Assembly: GCA_944393725.1 (NCBI GenBank)
Contig: CALYBC010000001.1
Location: forward strand, 6,928 to 70,927
DNA: 64,000 bases
Source of the DNA: an uncultured Alphaproteobacteria bacterium
Lineage (GTDB): Bacteria; Pseudomonadota; Alphaproteobacteria; RF32; CAG-239
Direction of reading: 5' to 3'
Part shown: positions 56,709 to 64,000 of the stretch, piece after piece
Layout of the letters: every line of letters starts with the position of its first letter
Position numbering within the stretch: the stretch's first letter is position 1
Program-made: the position numbers and the translations under genes
The notes under the pieces: generated by a model
What the model was told of the DNA's origin: nothing
Databases searched by the model: none
What the model saw: only the letters and a program-made list of their open reading frames with translations

Positions 56709-57068
56709 TTACTCCTTTATGGTCGGGCTTATTATAAATGAAGCCGTTTTTGAAATATCGGAAGGATAAATAGTATGAACCTCGCCTTGAGCAAAAGTTA
56801 TTTGAATATTGGTTGAGTAATCACCATCAACTGCCATATTCTTACTATCTTCCGGTATCAGTGTTATACTGGCTTTGCCTAAAACTCCGTCATCGATATT
56901 CCCTGATTTACTCAAGACAATTTTACCGCTTTCGTTATCTTTAACATACAAATTTACTCTAGCTCCGCTGATATCAATAAATCCTTCCTTATTCTTAAAT
57001 TGAAGGGGAATAGTAAAACTATCCCCCTGACGAATTTCAATAAAATTAGGCATTATTCTTCCTACCAT
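56709..57068 (-). CDS. Small beta-rich virion/fibre-associated protein
   Basis: FIEIRQGDSFTIPLQFKNKEG...ARVNLYVKD looks like an Ig-like sandwich. Alternative ATG at 57053 after AGGAAG. Confidence 0.35.
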   Translation of the reverse strand: MVGRIMPNFIEIRQGDSFTIPLQFKNKEGFIDISGARVNLYVKDNESGKIVLSKSGNIDDGVLGKASITLIPEDSKNMAVDGDYSTNIQITFAQGEVHTIYPSDISKTASFIISPTIKE

Positions 57069-57069
57069 T

Positions 57070-57846
57070 TTATTCCTCCTTTTTTGCTTTTATAAACCAA
57101 TAAACCGAATAGTTCTCCGGTGTTACATGTTCTGATGCTCCGTAAATTTCGTTTGCCTTTGAAGCATCAAATGAAAATTTTGCCTGTGCTCCTACCGAAG
57201 TATAATCACCACCATTACTGCTTGTTGTTGTTAATTCAAAAGCACCATCGGCCGAATGTGTGCCATGCCTTTGCAACAACAAATTTATATTACCTGTAAT
57301 GTTGGGCAACCCTTCTTCTTGTGCGGTATAGATATCTTCTGCAGAATTATTGCCTAAACCGCGTAAAAATTTGCCGCGGTAGTCCGGAACATTAAAAGTG
57401 GTAACTCCATTACCCTCGCCGAACTTATCTCCGATTACCGTAAACAAATCGGCATAATCTTCGCGAGAAACTTCCTGCCCGTCACACAATAACCAGTTAT
57501 CATGATTTTCGCTGATGGTTGAGGCTTTGATATCGCCAACCTTTACCATGGCGTTCATCAGCTCTTTTATGGTGGTAGCAGAACTTGTCGTACTTTCTTC
57601 AAGTTGGCTCAAATTTACCGCGTCACCGGCTAGCACTCCATCAGCGACATTGGTGATTTTGAAATTACCGGCATTGAAATCGGCCTCCATTTTTGACTTG
57701 CCGTTGCGTAATAAGCACTGACTTAAACCATCGGCAAAGTTATCGTCTTCTTCGTCCATATGATCGGTTACGATATCAATATCATTAATCCGATCATCTT
57801 CCCAGTTGTGTAATCTGGAAAACATTCCTTCATTATCAAATGGCAT
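57070..57846 (-). CDS. Tail fibre protein with phage tail-collar domain
   Basis: WLLCDGQEVSREDYADLFTVIGDKFGEGNGVTTFNVPDYRGKFLRG is the collar-domain signature. Confidence 0.8.
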   Translation of the reverse strand: MPFDNEGMFSRLHNWEDDRINDIDIVTDHMDEEDDNFADGLSQCLLRNGKSKMEADFNAGNFKITNVADGVLAGDAVNLSQLEESTTSSATTIKELMNAMVKVGDIKASTISENHDNWLLCDGQEVSREDYADLFTVIGDKFGEGNGVTTFNVPDYRGKFLRGLGNNSAEDIYTAQEEGLPNITGNINLLLQRHGTHSADGAFELTTTSSNGGDYTSVGAQAKFSFDASKANEIYGASEHVTPENYSVYWFIKAKKEE

Positions 57847-57848
57847 TT

Positions 57849-58745
57849 TTATTCTCCTTGTTGCTCTTTTACTTTAACGGCTTCATCATATCTGACCATT
57901 AAATAGCCGTCTTCATTTTCACTGACTGCCTGAGGTTTAACCTCTTTTACTTCTTGAGCAATCAGCCCGATTTGTGCAACCGGAGAGCCTTTGAAGTTGA
58001 AACAATAAACCGTCAAACCATTATCTAATTTGCCTACGGCTTTGATATTTTCTTTGAGTCTGATATCAGACAACATCATTCCTTGCAGTGCCCCGCCTAT
58101 AAATTGATTTCCAAATTCTGCTTGTGCGTTGTTATTATAACTTTTATTTTGTGATATACGGTTATCGGCTCCGCTTTGGATGTTGTATTTATCCATTGCT
58201 ATATCATAGCCTGAATGTGAGTTACTAAGGGCTTTCAATAATTGGCTGATATAATTGCTTTGTGCTTTATTACTAAAATCTGCGGCATTGATTGAATCTT
58301 GCAAGCTGCTCGAATACGCATTTTGCCCGTTTAATACCGATTGATATGCCGCCTGATTTAATGCTGCATTTTGACTGTCTTGCAAATCACTCATAGCTCT
58401 GGAATATGCATCGGAACCTATGGTTATGCCTTTATTGGCCAGTGAGGCGGCTAAATCTGATGTCTGATTGGCAAATTGGGGCTGCAACTTATCCAAATAT
58501 GACTGATATGTGGCCTGCTCAGCTCTTTGTCTTGCCGCATCAGAGGCGGTTACCCCGAAATTATAATTACCCATGTTGCTCAACTGTTTTGAGGCATCGG
58601 CTGCATATGCGGTTAAGTTATTTAAAGTATTATCATAATTTGTAGTGTTGTAGTTATTCAAATAATTCAATATGTCTTTTTCCGAATCAAACATTGATGT
58701 ATCGGCGCCGCCGGCTCCGAATACTTTTCCTATTGCTTTACTCAT
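57849..58745 (-). CDS. Gln/Asn/Ser-rich virion protein with C-terminal peptidase S74 intramolecular-chaperone domain
   Basis: The ATG at 58745 overlaps the GNAT stop (ATGA). C-terminal LSDIRLKENI...GLIAQEVKEVKPQAV is the S74 autoproteolytic module. Confidence 0.7.
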   Translation of the reverse strand: MSKAIGKVFGAGGADTSMFDSEKDILNYLNNYNTTNYDNTLNNLTAYAADASKQLSNMGNYNFGVTASDAARQRAEQATYQSYLDKLQPQFANQTSDLAASLANKGITIGSDAYSRAMSDLQDSQNAALNQAAYQSVLNGQNAYSSSLQDSINAADFSNKAQSNYISQLLKALSNSHSGYDIAMDKYNIQSGADNRISQNKSYNNNAQAEFGNQFIGGALQGMMLSDIRLKENIKAVGKLDNGLTVYCFNFKGSPVAQIGLIAQEVKEVKPQAVSENEDGYLMVRYDEAVKVKEQQGE

Positions 58746-59161
58746 TTGTGTTTTCCTTTCCATTTGTTTTCTGTTGTTAACATGCCATAAAAATAACAAT
58801 CCGCTCCGTCATCTCTAAAATGACGAAGTTTTCCTTCGCGTACAAAACCCAATTTTTCAACCAAATTTATGCACGCAATATTATCGGTATTAACCAAAAG
58901 ATTAATCCGCTTGGCTTTGAAATAATCAAAAGCCAGAGAAAATACCGCCGTTAAAATTCGGCGATTGCACCATCTTTTATCGGAGGTATATATAGTCCAC
59001 CAAAGGTCTTGTCCTGCCCTGATATCGTGATATATCAAGCCGCCTATTATCTTGCCCGATAATACAAAACCTATGGTATAATGATTGCCCAGCCATTGTT
59101 CATCAAATCCTAGTCCTTGACAAACCAATGATGTTATTTGCCCGTTGCAATCCAAAATCAT
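58742..59161 (-). CDS. GNAT-family N-acetyltransferase embedded in the virion module
   Basis: INLLVNTDNIACINLVEKLGFVREGKLRHF is a GNAT C-terminal motif. About 139 aa from the ATG at 59161, 1 nt after the upstream TAA. A longer start at 59188 or 59206 is possible. Confidence 0.6.
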   Translation of the reverse strand: MILDCNGQITSLVCQGLGFDEQWLGNHYTIGFVLSGKIIGGLIYHDIRAGQDLWWTIYTSDKRWCNRRILTAVFSLAFDYFKAKRINLLVNTDNIACINLVEKLGFVREGKLRHFRDDGADCYFYGMLTTENKWKGKHK

Positions 59162-59162
59162 A

Positions 59163-60716
59163 TTACAAGACGCCGCTAGCTTGCTCATAGCGTACCCCCG
59201 TGTCAAACCACTCGATTAAGTTGCCGCGAGTTTTGGTCTTAAAAACTATAGACGCCTTAAAACCGGTGGCTGAGTTGGCTATCCATTGCGAACGAATTGT
59301 TCCCTTCAAGGTTTGCCATTTGGTGCCTATGGGCTTGTCCAAGCACGACCACTTGGCTTCGTTCCATTTGGTTATACCGACACTGCCGACATTTTCGGCA
59401 TAGTTGGCCTTGCGTTCCTCAAAATCCATGTTGGTATATATTACCAAAGCATATTTGGTTGATGACTTGGTGCGGGGATTTAGGAGCTGTATTTTTTTTA
59501 ATCCTGCCGTTCCCAAATTGCTAAAAGCTTGCTGAACTTCACCTAAAATATGGTTGCCGTCATCGGAATATCCGTCATCAAACAAATAAACTCCATAATC
59601 AGAGCCAAAATAAAGCCTGCCTTCAAAATTACCCCAGCAATATGATTTGATGTTGGTAAAACGACACCATGCCCCGCTGGTTAGGTTCAAAACATGTTGT
59701 TCAAAACCTCGCGATAGCGGGACATTAAACAAGCAATAACCTCCTTTACTGTATATGATACCTTGCCAGCCATCTTTATTTTTGTTTTGACTGGTGCGTT
59801 CAAGTACCAAACCTCTTATCTTATCGGAAAAAGCAACTGCCGAACTTCCGGCTTGATTAAGCGGCAAAACCTTTGATAACGGCAGATAGCCTTCTTCGGT
59901 AATTATGACAATGTCGCCTTGGTATTGAAATGTGCAGTTATACCCTATCGGTCTGGATATTTTATAAGTCCCTTTCAATTCCCACGCCGTTGCCGAAGAT
60001 GGATTGGTGCCGGAATAGATAATTACCTCACCCTCGGAGGTGATAAATACCGTCATATCATCTATACCCTGCCCGCCGTCAACAGTCCAGCAGCAAACCG
60101 CCATCAAATGTCCGCCAAATCTCGCGACCTGACTTAAATCGATACTGCTTAGGTTGCCGGCAATATTTCCGGCTTCGGAAGCATACCATACCCGCATGGC
60201 ACCTTTTTCGACAAACCATAGGAACTGTTTGGATACCGTTCCGGAAATTATTTTTTCCGCCACTAAATTATTGTTGGAAAATTCCCAATCAACAAATTTA
60301 TCTTCACCATTTTCATCAACATAAAAGACTTTGGGTTTATCAACTCCGTTCATGAAAAACAGCCGGTCTTTGTATTGTATGGTCTGGCAACGGTTTTCCT
60401 GAAACTCAACATCGTAAGTTTTGACATTGAGCTTTGAGGTTAGATTATAGGCTTTGCCCGCCGCTATGCCGATAAACCTCTTGTCATTATACTTATTATA
60501 TGAAACCAAAGTCAGAAACTTTTCGTCATTTTTAAAATAACAACTATATCCTTTACGCAAAGAAACTTTGGTATCATAAGGAATGTAATTGTCCAAAACT
60601 ATGGCATCATCAGCCGCCATATTGTCCAAACTGTCACGCACATTTAACCCTCCGACCGGAGATGGCAAAGTATAGTTTATGGACTTGTTTCCTCTATTTA
60701 TCTGTCGGTTTAACAT
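59163..60716 (-). CDS. 517-aa beta-rich virion protein, nozzle/tail-tubular-B-like by position
   Basis: N-terminal LPSPVGGLNVRDSLDNMAADDA recalls the T7 gp12-type N-terminus. Follows the putative adaptor gene. Confidence 0.35.
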   Translation of the reverse strand: MLNRQINRGNKSINYTLPSPVGGLNVRDSLDNMAADDAIVLDNYIPYDTKVSLRKGYSCYFKNDEKFLTLVSYNKYNDKRFIGIAAGKAYNLTSKLNVKTYDVEFQENRCQTIQYKDRLFFMNGVDKPKVFYVDENGEDKFVDWEFSNNNLVAEKIISGTVSKQFLWFVEKGAMRVWYASEAGNIAGNLSSIDLSQVARFGGHLMAVCCWTVDGGQGIDDMTVFITSEGEVIIYSGTNPSSATAWELKGTYKISRPIGYNCTFQYQGDIVIITEEGYLPLSKVLPLNQAGSSAVAFSDKIRGLVLERTSQNKNKDGWQGIIYSKGGYCLFNVPLSRGFEQHVLNLTSGAWCRFTNIKSYCWGNFEGRLYFGSDYGVYLFDDGYSDDGNHILGEVQQAFSNLGTAGLKKIQLLNPRTKSSTKYALVIYTNMDFEERKANYAENVGSVGITKWNEAKWSCLDKPIGTKWQTLKGTIRSQWIANSATGFKASIVFKTKTRGNLIEWFDTGVRYEQASGVL

Positions 60717-61410
60717 TGATGGTTACTCCCGCTTCGGTAATATCCGCAAAACTGCCGGATAAATTGATATCTTTGACTGCAAGTGTGGTAGCAAAACGCT
60801 TTTTTAGCTCGCGTTCGTATTCACTAAATTCTTCGGTGTAGTCCATGCCGTTTCTTTTTAACCACCGCCACAAAATCCCCAGCTTGACCAGATATTCGTC
60901 AAATATCGGAACATCGGTATTTTTGCCGATGGTGCTCTTTTCGGCCCAACCTTTTTGGGCGTCAAGGCAAACAACATTGCTGCGATATTGAAATACTATT
61001 TTTATTCCATCAGCCGGCGGAGTTAAAAATTTTATCATCCCGTTTTGAATAATAAATTTGGTATCGGTGCTATTTTCGCAAAAATATTTTTCCCGCATCC
61101 AGTCTTCGGGGTTAATTGCTCCGATTACTTTTTCCGAGCTGTCTTTGATATAAATCGTATTATTCAAAATGCTGTAAAAATCTGGGCACACCGCATCAAG
61201 CAAGTAGTTACATCTGCCGCCTGAGGTTAAAAGAACACCTTCTTTGGTCAACTCTTGCCAATCGCCATAACGCAAAAGGCTATCCAAGGTGGATTTAGCC
61301 ACACTTAAAAAAATGCTGTCTTGCTGCGATGATGAGTTAAACAGGTCTTCCGGTCTTTTGGTGGCGGCTAAATCCGCTACTTCCTGACATATTTCCAATA
61401 TTGATTTCAT
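60694..61410 (-). CDS. 238-aa virion protein, adaptor/tail-tubular-A-like by position
   Basis: Position between the capsid module and the 517-aa protein. ATGA coupling with the upstream gene. Confidence 0.3.
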   Translation of the reverse strand: MKSILEICQEVADLAATKRPEDLFNSSSQQDSIFLSVAKSTLDSLLRYGDWQELTKEGVLLTSGGRCNYLLDAVCPDFYSILNNTIYIKDSSEKVIGAINPEDWMREKYFCENSTDTKFIIQNGMIKFLTPPADGIKIVFQYRSNVVCLDAQKGWAEKSTIGKNTDVPIFDEYLVKLGILWRWLKRNGMDYTEEFSEYERELKKRFATTLAVKDINLSGSFADITEAGVTINVKPTDK

Positions 61411-61964
61411 TTCTTTTTTCTCCTTTCGGGCTTGGACTTAAGACGAGAAATTTCTGCTTCCAAATCGGCAATCTTGCAGCGATACTTTTCTTCTAATGCC
61501 GCAATATCAACACCTTGTTTAATTAACTTATTGCCCGAGATGAATTTTTTAGCTAAAGCGGCCTCAGCCGAAAGCCCTAAATTTTTGATTTTCTCTTCAT
61601 CAAGAGATGCTAAAGTTTCAATCGTAAATACCCCGTGGCATTTACAACTTTCGATTTCGCTAGCGGTCAAAAAGGCAAATTCTTCCAGCGGTGTACCTTC
61701 GGCAATTTGCTTTTGTGAAAGCTGATATCGTGCATACTCAAGCGGAAAACGATTTATTTTTTCCTCGGTTGCCGGTTGGTCAAAAACTTCGGTCGTGTTG
61801 TCTTTTATTCTGATTTCGCAATAGCAGACATCTTTAAATATCGGCAATCCATCCTCAGATAACTCGCCGGTTTTGACCGCCCGATTATAAAATCTGGCTG
61901 CGACATGATTGTCTGTCCGATTTTTGCTTTGCTCAATCAGATTTTGATAAGTTGCAAAATCCAT
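61407..61964 (-). CDS. Phage structural-module protein of unknown function (185 aa, C-terminal coiled coil plus basic tail)
   Basis: Long ORF, first gene after the post-capsid hairpin. No family recognised. Confidence 0.5.
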   Translation of the reverse strand: MDFATYQNLIEQSKNRTDNHVAARFYNRAVKTGELSEDGLPIFKDVCYCEIRIKDNTTEVFDQPATEEKINRFPLEYARYQLSQKQIAEGTPLEEFAFLTASEIESCKCHGVFTIETLASLDEEKIKNLGLSAEAALAKKFISGNKLIKQGVDIAALEEKYRCKIADLEAEISRLKSKPERRKKK

Positions 61965-61984
61965 AATTTTCTCCTTACTTTGAT

Positions 61985-62024
61985 AAAAAAGAGGAGAAGT
62001 TTTATAAACCTCTCCCCTCTTTTT
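61985..62024 (-). terminator. Hairpin/terminator immediately after the major capsid gene
   Basis: Minus strand reads AGAGGGGAGAGG...CTTCTCCTCT followed by TTTTTT. Analogous in position to the terminator after T7 gene 10. Confidence 0.6.
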
Positions 62025-62052
62025 ACTTACATGATCGTGACTTGTTTTATGA

Positions 62053-63021
62053 TTATGCCGGTGAGTTAATCAATACACCTTGCAATGCAGCATTAGACAA
62101 AGTCATATTACCGGCCCAACCGATAATACGATACATAGCATCTTGGTTAACCGCCATTCTGTCGCCGCCGATTACTTTCATATTGCGGTCTTTATGCGGA
62201 CGCAAATAAATGTAATTGGTGTTCAAGAAATACATATGGTTTTCCGGACAATGACCTCCTTGGCCTCCGTCAAAAATAACATCGGCACCTTTGAATTTGA
62301 GGTTTGAAAATCCGGCATCTGCCATTGTAGTATCGGTGTATCTGGCCATCGGCTGTAAGGCTTGTTCAAAAGCCGAATAAAGCTTATCATCAACTACAAT
62401 CAAATCCGGTTTATCAACACCGCGTGAGCAGTTTAGATACATCTCGTTCATAGCTTGCAAAATATTGCTGCTGTTGAGCTCCGAAACGGTTTTGGACTGG
62501 TTGCGCCAAAATTCGTTGCCTCCGGTGGCTCGGTTGATGTTACCTACCGTACCGGTGGTCGGATCATCGGCTACCAACAATTTCAAACCGCCGATGGCTT
62601 TACCGTCTGATGCGGTACCATCACCGTACAAAGCGGCAGAAAGCTGATTGCGCATGGTCTTTTCGGCGTTTTGAATGCGTTTTTCCATCAACTCCATTAC
62701 TCTGGCATGACCTGAGTTTTTGAGCAAATCTTCACCCGAGACCGCTACCGGAACCGCACACAATTTAATTGCATACTCGGCTGCCGAAAACAGCTGTTTG
62801 GGGGTGTAGCTGATGGTATCAAAACCCGAATACCAAACCATATCGCCTTCACCATATTCCAATTCTTCCAAAATTTTGGAACCGCCGGAAATGGTACGGA
62901 TGTTGTCTTTGGATTTGAGCTTGGATAACAGAGCGTTGTTTTTAGAGATGTTATCTGCCAATTTCTCGGCTCTGGATTCAAGAGTTGTAGTAAACAAATC
63001 ACCATAATTTGAGTTTGCCAT
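62053..63021 (-). CDS. Major capsid protein
   Basis: 322 aa. Follows an acidic scaffold-like gene. The GGSKILEELEYGEG..WYSGFDTISY..SAAEYAIKLCAVPVAVSGEDLLKNSG pattern resembles podoviral coat proteins I have seen. Followed by a terminator. Confidence 0.65.
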   Translation of the reverse strand: MANSNYGDLFTTTLESRAEKLADNISKNNALLSKLKSKDNIRTISGGSKILEELEYGEGDMVWYSGFDTISYTPKQLFSAAEYAIKLCAVPVAVSGEDLLKNSGHARVMELMEKRIQNAEKTMRNQLSAALYGDGTASDGKAIGGLKLLVADDPTTGTVGNINRATGGNEFWRNQSKTVSELNSSNILQAMNEMYLNCSRGVDKPDLIVVDDKLYSAFEQALQPMARYTDTTMADAGFSNLKFKGADVIFDGGQGGHCPENHMYFLNTNYIYLRPHKDRNMKVIGGDRMAVNQDAMYRIIGWAGNMTLSNAALQGVLINSPA

Positions 63022-63052
63022 TTATTTTTTCCTTCTTAAAAAATTGTTGTTA

Positions 63053-63922
63053 TTATTCATCGTCACATAATGCCGCAAAACGCATCTCAAGCTCTTCTCG
63101 GAGACTTAAGTTCTTGGTATCAATCTCGCCTCGTCCCTTGGGAGCAAACGAAGCTTCTTTTGATTTTTTTGCATCTTTGCTTTTAAGCTCCAATGCGGCT
63201 TGAGAACGTTCGTTGATTAGTTTATCTCTGGTGGATGCATTGAACCAAACCGCGGTGTCATACGCATCTTGGAGATTGTTTGCCATGCCCTTGGACAGCA
63301 AATCATAAATGTCTTTTACGACTTCCCCAAAGAACGGGTGTTTCTGTTTGCCGTTTTCATCAAGTTCATGAGCAAATTCTTCGACCTGTCTTTGGACAAC
63401 TTGGTCGGCCAAAGCAGAGCTAAGCTGTTGCTGCGGTCTGACAACAGTTGAAGAATTGTTGGGAGTTGAGCCGATATTTACTTTATAGACATCGGCCAAC
63501 ATTTTTATGGTATCTGCCGGATTACTGCTTAACATGTGGTCAATCTCGGCCATTTTATTAAGCCAATCGCTTGCCGAGGTGATACCATAATTGCGAAGTT
63601 CCGATGAGCGAGCAGCATAGATATCATCTATGTGCTTGTAGGCTCCGGTTCTTTCGCGTAATTCGCCAAAGCCTTTATCAACCTCTTGCTCGCGAATGTG
63701 CAGATATTTGCGCCATTCTTGCGGTAACGAGGCAAAGCTTTCGGCAAATTCTTTCTGATAACTTTTAGGGGCGGATAAATATTCATCCGCCCCTTCGCTA
63801 TCTTCATCTGATTTTTTGGTTTCCGTTACAGAAGATGTTTCTTCTTTAATGGTCTCGTCATCGTCAGAGGTCATATTCAGCTCTTTGGCGATGCTTTCAA
63901 GTTCTTCTCTAATTTCACTCAT
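63053..63922 (-). CDS. Scaffolding protein (candidate)
   Basis: The ATG at 63922 follows AAGGA. Acidic, helical, low-complexity N-terminus. Position immediately upstream of the capsid gene. This frame stays open to 64000, so a longer product cannot be excluded. Confidence 0.5.
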   Translation of the reverse strand: MSEIREELESIAKELNMTSDDDETIKEETSSVTETKKSDEDSEGADEYLSAPKSYQKEFAESFASLPQEWRKYLHIREQEVDKGFGELRERTGAYKHIDDIYAARSSELRNYGITSASDWLNKMAEIDHMLSSNPADTIKMLADVYKVNIGSTPNNSSTVVRPQQQLSSALADQVVQRQVEEFAHELDENGKQKHPFFGEVVKDIYDLLSKGMANNLQDAYDTAVWFNASTRDKLINERSQAALELKSKDAKKSKEASFAPKGRGEIDTKNLSLREELEMRFAALCDDE

Positions 63923-64000
63923 TCCATATCCTTTTTTTATATTGTTGAACAATGTCGGCAAAAATATCTTTTTGCCGTTCTCTTTCTTTATTCTCGCGAA
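63915..64000 (-). CDS. 3' end of an upstream phage gene (portal expected by position), truncated by the window
   Basis: A second open frame reads ...RENKERERQKDIFADIVQQYKKRIWNE-stop, with its TGA at 63917..63915 overlapping the scaffold start. Confidence 0.3.
   Translation of the reverse strand, partial: RENKERERQKDIFADIVQQYKKRIWNE

Larger units (their letters stand above)
53195..64000 (-). mobile_element. Late-gene arm of a podovirus-like (pro)phage: scaffold, capsid, adaptor/nozzle-like, GNAT, fibres, lysis; continues beyond the window
   Basis: About 20 co-oriented, tightly overlapping genes with recognisable capsid, tail-collar fibre, peptidase S74, GH24 endolysin and overlapped spanin signatures. 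No tape-measure or sheath genes seen. No integrase inside the window. Confidence 0.8.

Noticed and set aside
55286-57846. Possible diversity-generating retroelement acting on the fibre genes
   Set aside because: There is no reverse-transcriptase ORF and no template/variable repeat pair visible near the fibre 3' ends.
1-64000. Scan for CRISPR arrays, IS elements or transposases, integrases, toxin-antitoxin pairs or known defence-system signatures
   Set aside because: I found no regularly spaced short repeats, no DDE or serine/tyrosine recombinase-like ORFs, and no nuclease, ATPase or Sir2/TIR-like gene pairs. All other long antisense track ORFs (e.g. 12667..13173, 25497..26000, 39034..39495) are shadows of clear genes.

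Overview
This is a visibly AT-rich bacterial chromosome segment with alphaproteobacterial hallmarks: a ChpT-type phosphotransferase, FlaF, sigma54-driven flagellar operons, amiC-mrcA-prfB divergent from rne, hflKC-degP, hpnCDE, TrmFO and a bactofilin plus M23 peptidase pair. Positions 1 to about 53.2 kb are densely packed core housekeeping, envelope and flagellar genes. This part also holds two tRNAs (Leu-CAA, Asp-GUC), a textbook prfB +1 frameshift site, several clean rho-independent terminators and two exact sigma54 promoters, none of which the ORF track can show. Positions 53.2-64 kb are the late arm (scaffold, capsid, tail, fibres, lysis) of a podovirus-like prophage that runs off the window. 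Six items do not fit families I know and seem most worth follow-up. (1) A tandem pair of very Cys-rich secreted paralogs with duplicated promoters (8.6-11.2 kb). (2) A 70-nt duplication of the tRNA-Asp 3' end plus terminator, bracketing a 138-nt GC-rich hairpin-forming segment (51.26-51.61 kb). (3) An acidic secreted protein-chpT-cheY(K->R)-cheR operon. (4) A molybdopterin-binding/MobA-like fusion gene as the apparent last gene of the flgI operon. (5) A GNAT gene translationally coupled inside the virion module. (6) A well-signalled orphan 60-codon ORF convergent with holC. I saw no CRISPR array, IS element, transposase, integrase or recognisable defence system. All calls come from reading motifs and gene context by eye; no database search or folding was run.
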